Shown here: positions 26,547-39,420 of the stretch, in pieces
How positions within the stretch are numbered: position 1 is the stretch's first letter
Layout of the letters: each line of letters starts with the position of its first letter
NCBI GenBank assembly: GCA_028534125.1
Contig: CM052817.1
Span: forward strand, 65,598,001-65,662,000
DNA length: 64,000 bases
From: Lama glama
Taxonomy: Eukaryota
Direction of reading: 5' to 3'
The notes under the pieces: model-generated
What the model was told of the DNA's origin: nothing
Databases searched by the model: none
What the model saw: only the letters and a program-made list of their open reading frames with translations
Made by a program: the position numbers and the translations under genes

Positions 26547-26850
26547 ACATTGTCTCTGGTTATTTTCCAGCGTCTAGGGTGGTGACTTCAGTAATTGAAG
26601 AGGGGGCTAAACAAAGTTAGCATCAAATTATAGTCTGACACAACCTTAGATTCTGCATTTTAAGATCTGGGTGAGCTCATCTGTCATGAGGCCTAAAATA
26701 AACAAGTGTCCAAGATGGAAACAATAGTGGAGTTGAAAGTCATCCACACAAGTGAGTCACGCGTTCAAAGCGCCTTCTCCCTGGGGCAGAGTGAAATTCT
26801 GAGGGGTGAATCTGATGATCATGCTTTTAAGACATTAAGATGTTTAAACA

Positions 26851-26905
26851 GAATTTGACACAACATTGTAAAATGATTATAAATCAATAAAAAATGTTTA
26901 AAAAA
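26851..26905 (+). mobile_element. 55-bp L1 3'-terminal insertion with 14-bp TSD
   Basis: 'gaatttgacacaacattgtaaaatgattataaatcaataaaaaatgtttaaaaa' matches the young L1 terminus. TSD aagatg(t/c)ttaaaca at 26837-26850 and 26906-26919. Confidence 0.95.
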
Positions 26906-27174
26906 AAGATGCTTAAACAACCACCACAAAACAGACTCACACAAACACTCGTGTTTTTATTCTGTTTTTAAAATGTTGAAAAATAATTGTGTTGATAAAA
27001 GATAAAATGTATTGGGTTCCTCATGTTCTGAATTCTAAGGTGAATACCAAAGAGGGTTTTTATGGTTTTTGAAACTCCAAATGACTGGGAAATGGAGAGA
27101 GAAAGTGAAATGAAAGATTGTCTCCGTGTGAACTGAAACAGATCAAGGAACAAGGAACAGACAGCAAGGAGTTA

Positions 27175-28022
27175 CAGAGCTTGCATTCTTCCGCATCTCA
27201 ATATGTGAAAACTCCTAGTTTTCTAATTGCTCAGACCAAAATGTTGGAGTCATCTTTGACGTCTCTCTTTCTCGCAAATCCTGTTCCTAATCAGGCTGCA
27301 AGTTCTCTCAGCGTTGACGTCAATCAGCTGGTCCTAGCGACAGTCGTCGTTTGCCAGTTTCGTTATCACCAGAGATTTTTAATTGGTTTCCTGGTTCCCA
27401 CCATTATCCCTCTGTAGTCTCTTTTCAACCTAGTGGCTGAATGATACTGTTAAAATTTAAGCCAGACCACATCCATCTTTCTTAGAGTAAAATCAAGTTG
27501 TTAACAGTATCCTACAAGGCTCTGCGAGGTCAGGGCTTCTCTCTCCCTAAGATATCTTCTCTGACCACCACGCCCACCCCCTCTCACTCTCTTTATTCCG
27601 ACATGTGCCTCCAAGTGGGAACTCAAGCCTGCTGGGCACCTTCCCGCCTCAGGACATATGCATTTGTTTTCCTTCCATTTCAAATGCTCTTCCCTTAGAT
27701 TTCCGAGGAGTCTTCTCTCTCATCTATTATGGGTCTTTGGTCAAAAATACTTATGTTAATCAGTAAAGCTTTTCCTGACCACCTTATTTAAAACTGCAAT
27801 GTCTTCCTTCACGCTGAAGATTTCCTGATCCCTTCTGTTCTTTATTTTTTACAATAGCAGTAATTTTCTCCTACAAACTACAAATTTTGTTTATTTGTTT
27901 CTTATCTGTTCTCTTTCACCAGGGATGTCTATTTATTTGTTTTTTTTTTTTTTTGGCTGTTCCCAGAGTGACTATAATAGTGGCACAGGCAAGTAGGTCC
28001 TCAATATATATTCATTAAGATG
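27175..28022 (+). mobile_element. L2 (L2a-like) 3' ~850 bp
   Basis: 'ttgctcagaccaaaatgttggagtcatctttgac', 'cttagagtaaaatcaag', 'gcttttcctgaccaccttatttaaaactgcaa', ending 'aagtaggtcctcaatatatattcattaa'. Confidence 0.88.
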
Positions 28023-31000
28023 ATAACAAAGAACATCTTCAAGTAATGCCAATTGTACTACTGCAAGACCAGATCTGCTCTGGTAAACACTGGGGATATT
28101 TGCAAAACAGATCTGAGGAATCTCAGGACTCATAACTAAAGAGAAGAAAGAAGAAATTCCGAGGAAACTATGGCCATGAGGCAGCTTTGTGCCCTCACTT
28201 CATTGGCTTTATGGCTCCATGGTACAGTAGCCAACTCATCTGGCCCCCCAGCCCCACAGATGTCATTCTCTAATACTTGGAAGCAAGTACTTAGAAAGGA
28301 GGAAACAATTTTAAAGACTGGTTTACAAGAAATGAGCCAACAGCACTTCCTAAATTCATTAAGGGCTCAACAACCCTGGACATGTTTTCAAATCACAATG
28401 ATATTCCACATAATGGAAAGACATTCCTGGCATTAAAAATGATTAGTGCTAATGCTACAAATTGTATTCATATCACCAATTTTGATTTAAAGTCACAGAT
28501 TTACTTGCCTGCAGACTACTCTTTGTAAACCCACTCTGGCTTTATTTAGGCCCTGGGTTAATGAGGCCCTTCTAATTCCTCAAACATGGACTAGGATTTG
28601 AATTCCCATAGTACGATCAAAGAAATGGCTTAGAGGAAAGAGAGCAAATAAAACTTTCCTTCTGGCCATTTTGAACTGAGGAAGCGCACTGCACTGAAGA
28701 TCTTCCACAATGGTTATGTGTTACCTTAAACCAGTCCTGACGGATCTGTAACAGTGCACACTGGGCTCCACTAGTCCTCTTCCACTGCCATGGACTGATC
28801 TCTGCTCTCAGGTTTGCTCCTCTGGGGTGGTGGGAGGGATGATGAGTTAGAAGTGGAAAAGAACAATTCTAGGTAATAAATAGCTTCAGTGGACATCAAC
28901 ATGACTGAGTTTGCTCAAGACTATCTCTCGGAGGCTGAAATGAGTCACTTCACATTTAAAGATATGGCCACAAATTCAGGTGCACAGAGGATTCATTTTC
29001 TTCTGTAACAATGCTGTCAGGTCTTACGTGTCTCTGGAGAGGCTGAATCACAAAAATCACAAAGCACCTCATACCCTGCGCTCTAAAGACACAGACAGAA
29101 TTGCCCATTCTGTTATTTTCAGAGAGAAAATATCTTACTGCATGAAAACATGCAGGTAGTGGAAGAGGATCCCTTAAGGTAGAATATTAAGGTCGGAGCA
29201 TCTTAGAAACCAGACCGAATCCCCGTGATGCCAAAGTTCCCCAGAGCTGGAAGATTCCACACAACATGGCATTTTTTAATCTACTCGAAAACTTTGGTGT
29301 CATACCGTGATAGTCTGAGTCTTGGTAGTTTTGTTAAAAATGAATCAATGATTCAAAGTCAACTAACTTTTTTAAGCAGAGGGATTTTTTACATCCCCTG
29401 TCCATCTTTATAGTCAACAACAAAATATACATGATAAGGACTGAGGATGCCAGTTACTTTATATTGCTTCTCTTCACAAGAATTATTTTTGGTTTTGGTT
29501 ATGTAGCACGAGCATTGGTCCACTCACATTTTCCTCAGCTGCTTACATTGCCATGTGCATATATTAGCCCATTTTTTAAACTAAACTTTCTGCTGCTTTT
29601 CATTTTATCCCCTCTGAGCTTCATCAGCTTCTTCGGGTACCACGCAGTGGAGTTCAGAGGTCAGCTTAAAAAAACTCTCGGTGAAGAACATCTGAAGAGC
29701 TTTGCAAGGCTGTGTAAATATGCAGAAACAAACACACGCTACCTATATTAAACGGGTTAAGAACTCCTGAACAGTACTTCAAGGTCAGTGGTTTGCTTTC
29801 ATCCCTTTCCAGCACTTTGCATAGCTGGCAGCCCTCCATCCTTTGGGGAGTACGGGAACGGCCACAGAGAGCACAAGACTTCAGTCTCAGCCAGAATTTC
29901 CATAATCACATCAACAGATGGAATAATAATCACCCCCAGAGTCACTGCACAATCTTTCTGATCCAAGGAAACTTCCTCCTGCTTCATTTCAAACTCATTT
30001 CTACTGGCAATTTAGACATAAGGTATTCTTATTTTCTGGAAACGTCCCCGAGTTAAGGTGATTCTAAAATAAGTGAGCAGTGCCAGCCCTGCATTTGGAT
30101 ACAGTGCTTTGGAGGGAGCCACTGAATGCGTGCAGGGAGGCTGAGCAAAGGCAGGGCCTTTGTGAGTGCTACTTGGGACGCTGTTCCCTTGGCGACGAGA
30201 AGCAGTGATTGCAGAGCCTGTTCCCACTGTCAACGATCTCTCCTGGCCACCTGGGACCTATCTCCACAGCTGCAGGTCCAATCGTTACTGTGCTCGGGGG
30301 TGTCCTCGCCCAGCCTCCAGACAGTAGGTTCTCTGTGTTTTTGATTAGCCCATGGGGAAAAGCCAGTTGTATGAATTATATTACAGAGCATATCTGATCA
30401 ACATAATTAGAATCGTACTTTCCAAAATCTGGTCTCTTAAAGTACCTAATGTTGATTGCTAGACAACAGCTCTGAATCTACACAAGACACCCTATGCGGA
30501 GAGTATGACACATTTAAGTTAACCATAAAAAAATACTGAAAAGCATACCTGTTGTGTGGATCTCTAAATTATTTGAGATTTAAGGCTTTACTGATACCAT
30601 GCGTTGCCTGAGAGTATCTGGAAACAGACATTGGTTTCTCAAATTAATTTTTCTAATTATTCATCTTTGGGAGAACCTTTTACCAATATAATGTTCAAGT
30701 CACATGCATGGACAATTTGAATAATCGTGAAAGTAAAATATAAACATGAATCTCTTTTCTAGTCTTAAAAATTCATAAAAGGTGTCATGGTAATTACTAC
30801 ACATGTTAATGTGACATAATCTACTAAAGAGATAATGAAAACACGGAAGAAAGAATCCATTACTTCTTCAGAAGAATTAATTGAGATCTATATGTCTCGC
30901 ACTATTTCAGACGTCAGGGAGAATACCAAGAATCTTTCTTTCTCTTTGTACTCCTAGCCCTTGGAGTTTACATCTTTTTACATCTCTTCAGTTATAGTCT

Positions 31001-31111
31001 AATTGGAAGTCTCTGAAATCTGTATTTTCGATAGCAACCTCTCTCCCAAACTTCAAACCAACATTAACAATTGTATCTGTTGAAACCTTTTTTCATACAG
31101 AAGGGAAGGTT

Positions 31112-31260
31112 TAAAGTTGCAAGATAAAATACATGATGCCCAGTCAAATTTGTCCCAAGCTTATGGGACAAACTCATACGAAAAAATTTTTCATTGTTTA
31201 TCTGACATTCAGAGTGAGCTAGGCTTCCTGAATTTCAATTTGCTAATTCTGGCAAACCTG
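31112..31260. mobile_element. MER53 palindromic hAT MITE, internally deleted
   Basis: Termini 'aagttgcaagataaaatacatgatgcccagtcaaattt' and 'tttgctaattctggcaaacct', with central hairpin tttgtccca-agctta-tgggacaaa. Confidence 0.8.
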
Positions 31261-32297
31261 CGGCCGAGTCTGGGATGAGTTTTTATTCTTTATGTTTTGA
31301 TCTCTGCATTTTTCCTTCTCCTAACTCAGAGCAGCAATCGAGCCCTAGATATTTCCTTGTTTCAGGGGTTTTTTGCAGGATATAATGTCCAAGCTGAAGC
31401 TCAATGAAAAGATCGTGTATGGTATAAGAAGAGACCAAGAGGGAGAAAGAAGATGGAGAAGCCAGGAGAGTGACTTGGGGGAGAGACTCCCTTCGATGGC
31501 AGAGATCAGAGATGGTCAGCTCTTCTGTTTATGGGGCCAGCACATTGTTTGCAAGCACTTAGCTTACAAACCTTGCCTTGCAAGTTATTCCATTCCCCCT
31601 CAACCTAATTGAGGATCAGATTTGCAATGTTAGTGACATGAATATTACCTTTTTTGTTAAAGTCTTATGTAAAATATACTTATGGTTCAGGTTTGAACAT
31701 TGATTGAGATGTTAACTCAGTATGACATTCTGCTTTTCCCTTGATGGTATTTGTCATATTTAAAATCGTGAATATTCAGTTTTATACAAGTACTTCTCTC
31801 TATTTGTATATATATATATAGAGAGAGAGATTTATGTGGGTTATTTGCTAAAGACTGAGAGATACAGATCTGCCTAGTCCAGTATTAGTGAAGAATAAAT
31901 AAATGCACATTAAAAAAAAATACTTCCGTAAGGCAAGACATCGATGAGATAGAGATATAGTACACATGATACCAAGGTTCCTGGCCCCACTATCAGTTCA
32001 AGTATGTCAGTGGTGAGTGGCCCAGAAGCAGTGAAGTCATCAGACCTGGAGGTGCTGTGTGCGTTGCAATGACAGGTACTTTGGTGAAAACAAGTTATCA
32101 GCTATTGACCGCAGGGCTTTTCTTGATGCTTTGACATCAAATAATATCACAGGATCTTCACACCAGGGAGCTATGAATAAATTTCCTACTATGCACAGAA
32201 CTCTGGGCACTTAGGGTCTAAAGTAATTGGATTTAAAGAGAATCATGAAAAGGAGGTATTCCGCACCACATTAATGGAATCCAGTTCACTCATTTTT

Positions 32298-32705
32298 TAT
32301 GGTAGACGCTGATGGTTACTCTCCCCAAACCATTTCTTTTCCCAAATTTAGCCTTGCTGGCAGATTGCCTTCTGCTATAGGAGCTGCTAGAAATTGCTAT
32401 CCCAGCTTCCATCTTAAGCTATGGATATGGGACCCCGTTCAGGCCTCTGGGAGCTTGAGAGTTTCTTCTCTGATTGAAACAAAACCAAACAGTCATGCAA
32501 AACAATAAAAAATAAAAACAAAAACCTATGGTAAGGGAATGGAAAGATGCTCAGGGGTATGATGATATCACTGAGTCATTTATATTAGTCAACTCTGTGA
32601 CTGCCCTGGTTCAGAACTTTTTGTTTTATGAGACAATAAAGAGTTTCAGACATGTTGACTTGGTTGTTCCATTATTTGCATCTACAAGAACCCCCACATG
32701 GTACA
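32298..32705 (+). mobile_element. Old MaLR/ERVL-type LTR
   Basis: LTR-like start 'tatggtagacgctgatgg', AATAAA at ~32635 and MLT1-like end 'ttatttgcatctacaagaacccccacatggtaca'. Confidence 0.5.
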
Positions 32706-32712
32706 TCACTAC

Positions 32713-33087
32713 TGTTGCAGACTGGGCTTTCTGGCAGCAGATGCTGAGATGCAGGGTAGGGTCAAGATGTTTATTAGGGACCAAAAAGGAAAAGCTCAGC
32801 AGCAGAAATGGACAGAGGAGGAAGCCGACTGGCAGGGAGCTCTGAAGCAAGCCTGCCCATCAGAACATCATGCCCAGGTCACAAAGGTCAGAGCTTTGCA
32901 CGCCTGCCTCCCTCAGGCGCTGCAAGTAAGCGGCTCTGCGAGGGATGTAACCTCAGGCAGAGGAGCTCTCTGACGCTAAGGGAGATGTGATGGGGAAGAC
33001 AGCTGGCTGCTGACTTCTGACCGCATGCCCTGTCACTAACCAGCAAGCCTTTCCTTGAAGGGTGATCTGGGTATCTGCACTTCCACA
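32713..33087 (-). mobile_element. ERVL LTR (LTR16/LTR33-like)
   Basis: 'gcagatgctgagatgcagggtagggtcaagatgtttattaggg...ccttgaagggtgatctgggt...ttccaca'. Confidence 0.6.
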
Positions 33088-34189
33088 TCGGCCATATGCA
33101 TTGCCTCTGTATACATGTACACACAGAAATCCATGCATAAATATGTATACACTACATGCCCAGTCCATCTCTCTTCTAACACCTCCAATTCAAGGTGATC
33201 AGACTTAAAAGGTGACCCCACTCCCACGTCCATAAGCTAGGGCTGACAACTTAAGTTTTCTTTGACATATCATTCCTTTGCTTCTCCACCCAGCCAATGC
33301 ATATGTCTAACAGTGTCTTACTTTGGACTGCTTTTTTTTTTTTGCCCCCATTCCTATTCATGTTAGTGATTGTCAGTGAAATTCAAGCCTCACTGTGTCT
33401 CACATAAGGCTAAAGTCTTTTGTTCTCCTAACCTTTAACTTTCGTCTCCTACATACTACCACCAACACACCTTTCCTAGAGCTAAGTTCTGATCATGGTG
33501 TTGCCCTCATAAAAACCTGTGATAGATCTCCTTTAACTATCTATTAAATTTGGAAATTTTCTTTGTTTTTCATTCCAGTTCCTTTAGGATTCTGCCTTTA
33601 ACTTATCATGTAAGAAAAAAGAGTTGATTAGTGATTTCAATGTGGGATGCATTCTATTCCCTACCTCTCTGCCTTTTCTTTAGCTATGCTAGTTAGAAAG
33701 CTTTTTTTTTTTTAACCCTCATTTATGCCTTCTGAAATTTTATCAGAGGAAAGCCTGACCCATCTGACCCACTGGGCAGTATGCCACCCCAGGACTCACA
33801 GCTGAATGTCAGTCCTAATTTTGGTATATGACATGTTCTGTGTTGTATTATGTTTGCAGAGCTGTCTTACCCACTAAGCAGAATAAGTATCTGCTCAAGG
33901 CACCAGAAAATCAAGACACAGCATATTCAGTTCGCATGTCACCATGATCTATGTATTTGGTCTGCATTTAGGCTAGAAGCGTCCTGGCACTAGCATATAC
34001 TATTCCTCTACCAGTACAAATCTGGGGCATAGCTTAACAACTTTTTCTTGACAAAGGTTCCAAATATATACCACGTGCTTCTCACTTTATGTCTAGGGTT
34101 TTTCCTGTTACAGGCACGAGATGCTGTGGAAATTACTCAGTGCCCACATGCAAGTCTCATGGGTCAGACGTGAAGCAAGAGGAGAAGAG

Positions 34190-34990
34190 AGGCAAAATTG
34201 TAGGCTAAGCATGGACCTGACAAGTTGTAGTTCCCTCTCCAATGCTGATCTAATTACTGCTTCTGTTGAATGCTCAGCCTGCAGGCAGCATACACCAGCA
34301 TTAAGCCCTCAACACAGCTTCATTCCTCATGGAGACTGACTAGCCACTTGGCAGTAAGTTGGTTTCATCCAACTCTTTCCACTTTAGGGAGGGCAGCAAT
34401 GCAATCCTACTGAATGTGGACTTGCATTCACTTGTTTATCATGTACCCCAGAACCCAGGAATAGCCAGCCTGATAAAAGGTGGAAAGGTCTATTGAAGGC
34501 TCACCTGAGATGCCAAGTGGAGGACAGCACTCTGGGGTGCTGTTCTCTGGGATGCACCATCATGTATATTCAAAGGAGGAGTGCCAGGGAGCACAATATA
34601 GGTTAGTCTGTACTACAGGTTGTGGGTATCATCTTGCCTCTTTTTAGGCAAAGGAAAGAGTTACTGTACTAGTGGGGATAATCAAGTCTGATAACCATGA
34701 GGAGTCAGGGTTGTTTCTACACAATGAAGATAGGGAGGAGTATCTTGAATCCAGGGGATTAACTGTGGTGTCTCTTGGCACTCCTGTGTCAAATGAAAAC
34801 TGTCAATGGGGAATTGTAACAACCACAGCCCGACAAGGGCAGGGCAATGATGGGCTCAAACCTCTTGGGGATGAAGATTTGGGGCATCCTACTGGGTCAG
34901 CAGTCCAGGCTGGCAAGAGTGTTAGCTGAGAGTGGGGAAAATCTAAAATGGGAGATGGTGAAGGGAGGGGAGGACTGTCACTTACAGAAC
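34190..34990 (+). mobile_element. ERV-L internal remnant: integrase and dUTPase fragments
   Basis: Translation 'ADLITASVECSACRQHTPALSPQHSFIPHGD' resembles the ERV-L integrase zinc-finger region. It is followed by a YHVP..IERWNGLLK-like segment and 'VTVLVGIIKSDNHEESGLFLHNEDREEY', similar to ERV-L dUTPase. Multiple frameshifts, stops and deletions. Confidence 0.85.
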
Positions 34991-35185
34991 AGGAACCAAT
35001 TGTAGCAGTGGGAGCTTGTCTTGCTAATCCTTTTTAAGGTTTTTTTGGAAAGTTAAAATTTTTGGCCAGCTTGATGAATGAGACTTGTGCTTCCTATCCT
35101 AGGAAGAAATGAGAGTATTTTTATCGTAGGAGAGACACTGATGTCACTAGATGAAAAGAATGGATCTGAAAAGTCGTTCTTTTCA

Positions 35186-35831
35186 TGTGCATCCCAGACT
35201 GATGTGCGTGCTTTGCTTTTGGGTCAGAGTGGGCCTTGGCAGCAGCTTACATGATTCCCATGGTTGTGCAGCCAGATTGTTGCTGCCACCGCCACCGCCA
35301 CCACCACCATCGTCACAGACCTAGAGCCACTCTCACAGTTTCCAACTATGCCTACTTGCTCACATGCAAGGTTCAACAGTTCCTTGTCTCGCGTCATGCC
35401 ATGTACTTTATTTCATGCTCTGGTGCTTCCCTGATGCCACTATGGCATGAGAGAGCTCAGCCCTCACTTGGCATCCATTTCCTTCCAACCCAGAAGTTTG
35501 GAGAAGCAGATGCTTCTTGGGGGAAATCTGTATCTGTGGAAGTTGGTGTCAACAGGTAAATCTCTCTCCCTTCTTCCTTTACTGCCATGGACTGTTTGGA
35601 GTTGCAGTGACTATATATGGTCTCTAATAAAACATCTTAAATTACTGTAAAATCAGCTCTCCAGGAAACCGTGGCCTGGTTGGCAGGGACCTCTCTTATA
35701 TTCTTTCTTCCTTCTCTACCCCAGTCTCCATTTCCCTGACTCTCGCATCTTAGGCTTGTATTCCCCAAAAGAGTGTTAGTGCAGAAGGGTTCGCTTTTGT
35801 CTGTATTTACTAAGGAAGCTGGGTTATGACA
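35186..35831 (+). mobile_element. ERV-L 3' LTR (LTR41-like)
   Basis: TG...CA bounded, directly downstream of the ERV-L internal remnant, ending 'ctaaggaagctgggttatgaca'. Confidence 0.6.
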
Positions 35832-36714
35832 GAGGTGTATAAAAACAAAAAGAATTTTCATTTAAATAATTTCAGAATTGATATTATATGTATTTTAATC
35901 AATTGTTGTCATCATAGAAAAAGTGAGATTCATTAGGATTTCCTTACATTTACTTGATGCCTATGTATTGCTTTTATTTTGGATAAGGTTGGGCCCTATC
36001 ATTTTTCACTACTAATGACTTCTAATGTTCCTAATGGACTTTATTACTTGAATTTACTTGGCATCTCTTTAACTAGTCCAATTCGTGAGAAGCTGTCTGT
36101 ATCTTGTTGTAATCTTCTTTGTATCCCTCACTGAGGCTACCTTAATACTGTTAAAATTACAGGTACTTAAAATCCTGTCTAAATTCCCTTTCTACTGAGA
36201 CTGCTCTGAGATTAGGGATCATGAAGCAAAGAAGGAACAAAAAATAAATGAATAAATCTGCGGTAAAGGTGAGCCTGGGAAAAAGGGATAATGCTTATGA
36301 CAAAATGCTAAGGAATAGGTGCTCCCTGGAGTAGTCAAGGAAAGGATAGTATTAAAAAAAAAAAAGAATCAAAACAGGTAACTAGGGAAGTAGAGAATTT
36401 GGAAGATGAGGCTGAAATGCTAAGTGGATGCAAAAGGAACTAACCATGTCTTTAAATTAAAGAATGGGAGATGCAATATTTTTCTCTGAGAACATACACT
36501 TGTATTTGGAAAAAGAAGAAATAAACATAAGAAGTAGCTGAGTAAAGCTGAAGACCAACAAAGTGCACAAATAACTGATTATGTTCAAGTAGTTCTGGAT
36601 TTCAGAGATGATAAAACATAATGACTGTCAAGTGTTAAAAGGGATTTACACTGGATGGTAATTATGTTTCACCTTAGGGAAATAAAACCATCTTGGTAGA
36701 CCCGGATAGTCTAC

Positions 36715-37700
36715 TCAAATGAATATGTCTAATAGAAATGCATGTTTACATTCACCAAAAACAGATACAAGAATGTCCACAGAAGGACTATGTGTAATGG
36801 CCGTGGAAAAATCTTAAATGCCATCTCTAGTAGGATGGATAAAAATAAAATTGTGGTATATTCATTCAGTAGAATTCTGAAAAGCAATTGGAATAAACAC
36901 CAACTATAAGCAATTCAATTAATACAGAGTTCAAAAACAGGCAAAAGTAATCCATAGTGTTAGTAATCGGCAAGTGGTTACTCTGGAGGGTAGAAGACAC
37001 TGATCAGGGATAGGAAGAGTGCTTTTAGGAGCAGATAATGTTCTTTTCTTTTATTAGGTTAAGGGGCTATAATCACATTGTGAAAATGCATCAAGATATA
37101 TATTTACGATTTTATTGGCACATTCTCTACTGAAGTATAACACACAGAATCACAAGTTCTAAATATGTAACAATCTCTATATCACTACCTATATAAAGAT
37201 ATAGGTCAATTTCAGCACCGCAGCTGCTTTCTAAGACCCACTCAGGTTTTCCCATCAGGTTACCACTATTCTGACTTCTGTCATCATGTATTGGTTTTGC
37301 CTGTCCCTGATTTCCATATAGTAAAATAATACAGCACACATTCTTCTGTAGCTTGTTTCTTTTGCTCAATAGTATGTTTGTGAGATTTAATCCATATTCT
37401 TTTTCACAGCCATTGTCTTGTTGGTGGATATTTGCAGTTCAATGTTTGATTATTATGCATAAAGCAGCTATAAACATTCATATTACTGGTGACTGTTCTA
37501 ATTGATAAACCACTTTTAAAAACTGTTTGAAATATATAGTGAATCTATATGTACATATACCATTTAACCCAGCAACTTCACTTTCTTGCAGTATAAGAAC
37601 ATGCCTGCACTACTTCATATAGGCATTAAGGAAGTGTTAAGATTCAAATAATCACTGTGGTTGCATTACTCTCAAATATCTATATTCTCTCTATATATAT
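36715..37700. mobile_element. Cluster of old L1ME/MC 3' fragments (plus 36715-37125, minus 37130-37490, plus 37500-37700)
   Basis: 'ggatggataaaaataaaattgtggtatattcattcagtagaa', 'gagttcaaaaacaggcaaaagtaatccatagtgttag' and antisense equivalents. Confidence 0.75.
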
Positions 37701-39199
37701 TTATCTATGTAAAAAAAGAAAAACCTTTAGTAATTTACCATTTAGTTCATCTATTTTAAAGGGTATGGCCAGACAGGATATGCAGAAGTAGAATTAGGAA
37801 TTTAGCAGCAAAAAGTGGGAGAGAAGAGAACAGATGCAAAAAATGAGAATGAATTAATAATATAAGAGTCATTTAGATTTTATGAATTCTTTCAAGTCAT
37901 GTAAACAAGATTCCATAAGGCATAATATCCATTTAAATGAAAGAAGAACGTAAGATTCAAAACAAGTTACTAGAAAATTCTGTTATCCATGGGAGATGCA
38001 TGGAAAACCCTTGGAAAGCAAAGGATACATTGAAAACTAAGAGATCAGAAATGGAAATTCATGTTGACACAAGAAAACAATTTTAGGTTGTTTGAAAACA
38101 ATAGCAACCTTTGAGAATCTGAACTTAGAATTGTGGCTTTATGAGGGATTCATTAGATACTGTGGCAAATTATGTTATTGAAGAAATCCTTGGAAAACTT
38201 TATATGTTCTGCTTCAATATTTTTAAAAGTTAGGTCTTGTAATAGTCTGAGAAAAATGAAACTCGCCTCTATAAGAATGAGCACTCTGTCAGAGATCATG
38301 AAGTAAAATTACTTTAGACGGGTAGAAGGCAATAAAAAACTCAGTAGAAGATAGATGGAGAGAAAACAACACAGATATTTGAACAACCTTAGCAGCTGTC
38401 TGGAAAAGCTGCTCTTAACAGGGAAAGACAATATTTTAAGCATTCTGCATAATCACATTGCAACTTTTCCCATCTCCTGTAAAATATCAGGGAAGGTATC
38501 AAAGAATTAAAAAGCTAAAAGTAATTATAAATAAGCCAATGAGCACCTTTAATTTTCTGCTTATATTAGAAATTACTAAATATTTAGCATTAAAGAGGAA
38601 ATAAAATGTTAAATTGAGAACTAATTCAAGGTTTTTGATAGGATGCTAACAGAAAAGCCACATTGAAGCTTGAGGCATTTTAATGTCCTAGATAAAATCT
38701 TGACCTTAAGAAAAATTTCTAGTTAATTTCATACAATTCTACTTGAGACCATAATTAAACTAAAAAGAGTTTGAACATAGGTGAAGACTGATATGAAAGA
38801 TAATCTATTTTACCTATGCTGCATTTCTTAAAATCTCCATTCAAATTCAGTTTCAATATACAATGCTGCAGTTAACAAAGATTTGAATATATTTATACTA
38901 TTTAAGTTGGAAAAAGAGCTGATTATTAATGTCATTAACCTCATTCATATAAAACCTTAGCTATTTAGACAACAAGATCACAGCTTACAAGCCAAGCCAC
39001 ACCCCTTAACTGCATGGAGGTTTATGAAAATGCATTAAAACTAAATTTTTAGTTTACTAACATTTCACATATAAGTATCTAGAAAAGTTCAGAACAGCCT
39101 CTGGAAGAGCAATCCTGAATTATCAAATATATATAGTATCATTCCCCATGAGATATAGAAAACCTCCCGCTGATTTGTTGGCAATTCTGCAAAGGCATC

Positions 39200-39420
39200 A
39201 TGGACTGAGGCAACCTTTCAGTGACTCTTATTACCTAACTCTGAGACCCTGGGCAAATTATTTAATCTTTTGTTTCTCCATTTCCTTATCAATAAAATGG
39301 ACATAACTACACCCACTCCCACAACTTTGTTAGGAGGACTGAATGAAACCATCTTGTAAACCCTTTACGCAGTATAGAAAGTATAGAAAGTGTTTAGTAA
39401 ATGGCAGTTATTTTCATTTC
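39200..39420 (+). mobile_element. MIR SINE
   Basis: 'ctgagaccctgggcaaattatttaatcttttgtttctccatttccttatcaataaaatggacataa...gttaggaggactgaatga'. Confidence 0.8.

Noticed and set aside
29431..29751. 106-aa ATG-initiated ORF in unique DNA
   Set aside because: No recognisable homology, promoter or splice context. An ORF of this length is plausible by chance.
35236..35559. His/Cys-rich ORF (CCCHRHRHHHHRHR)
   Set aside because: Produced by a triplet microsatellite inside an LTR.
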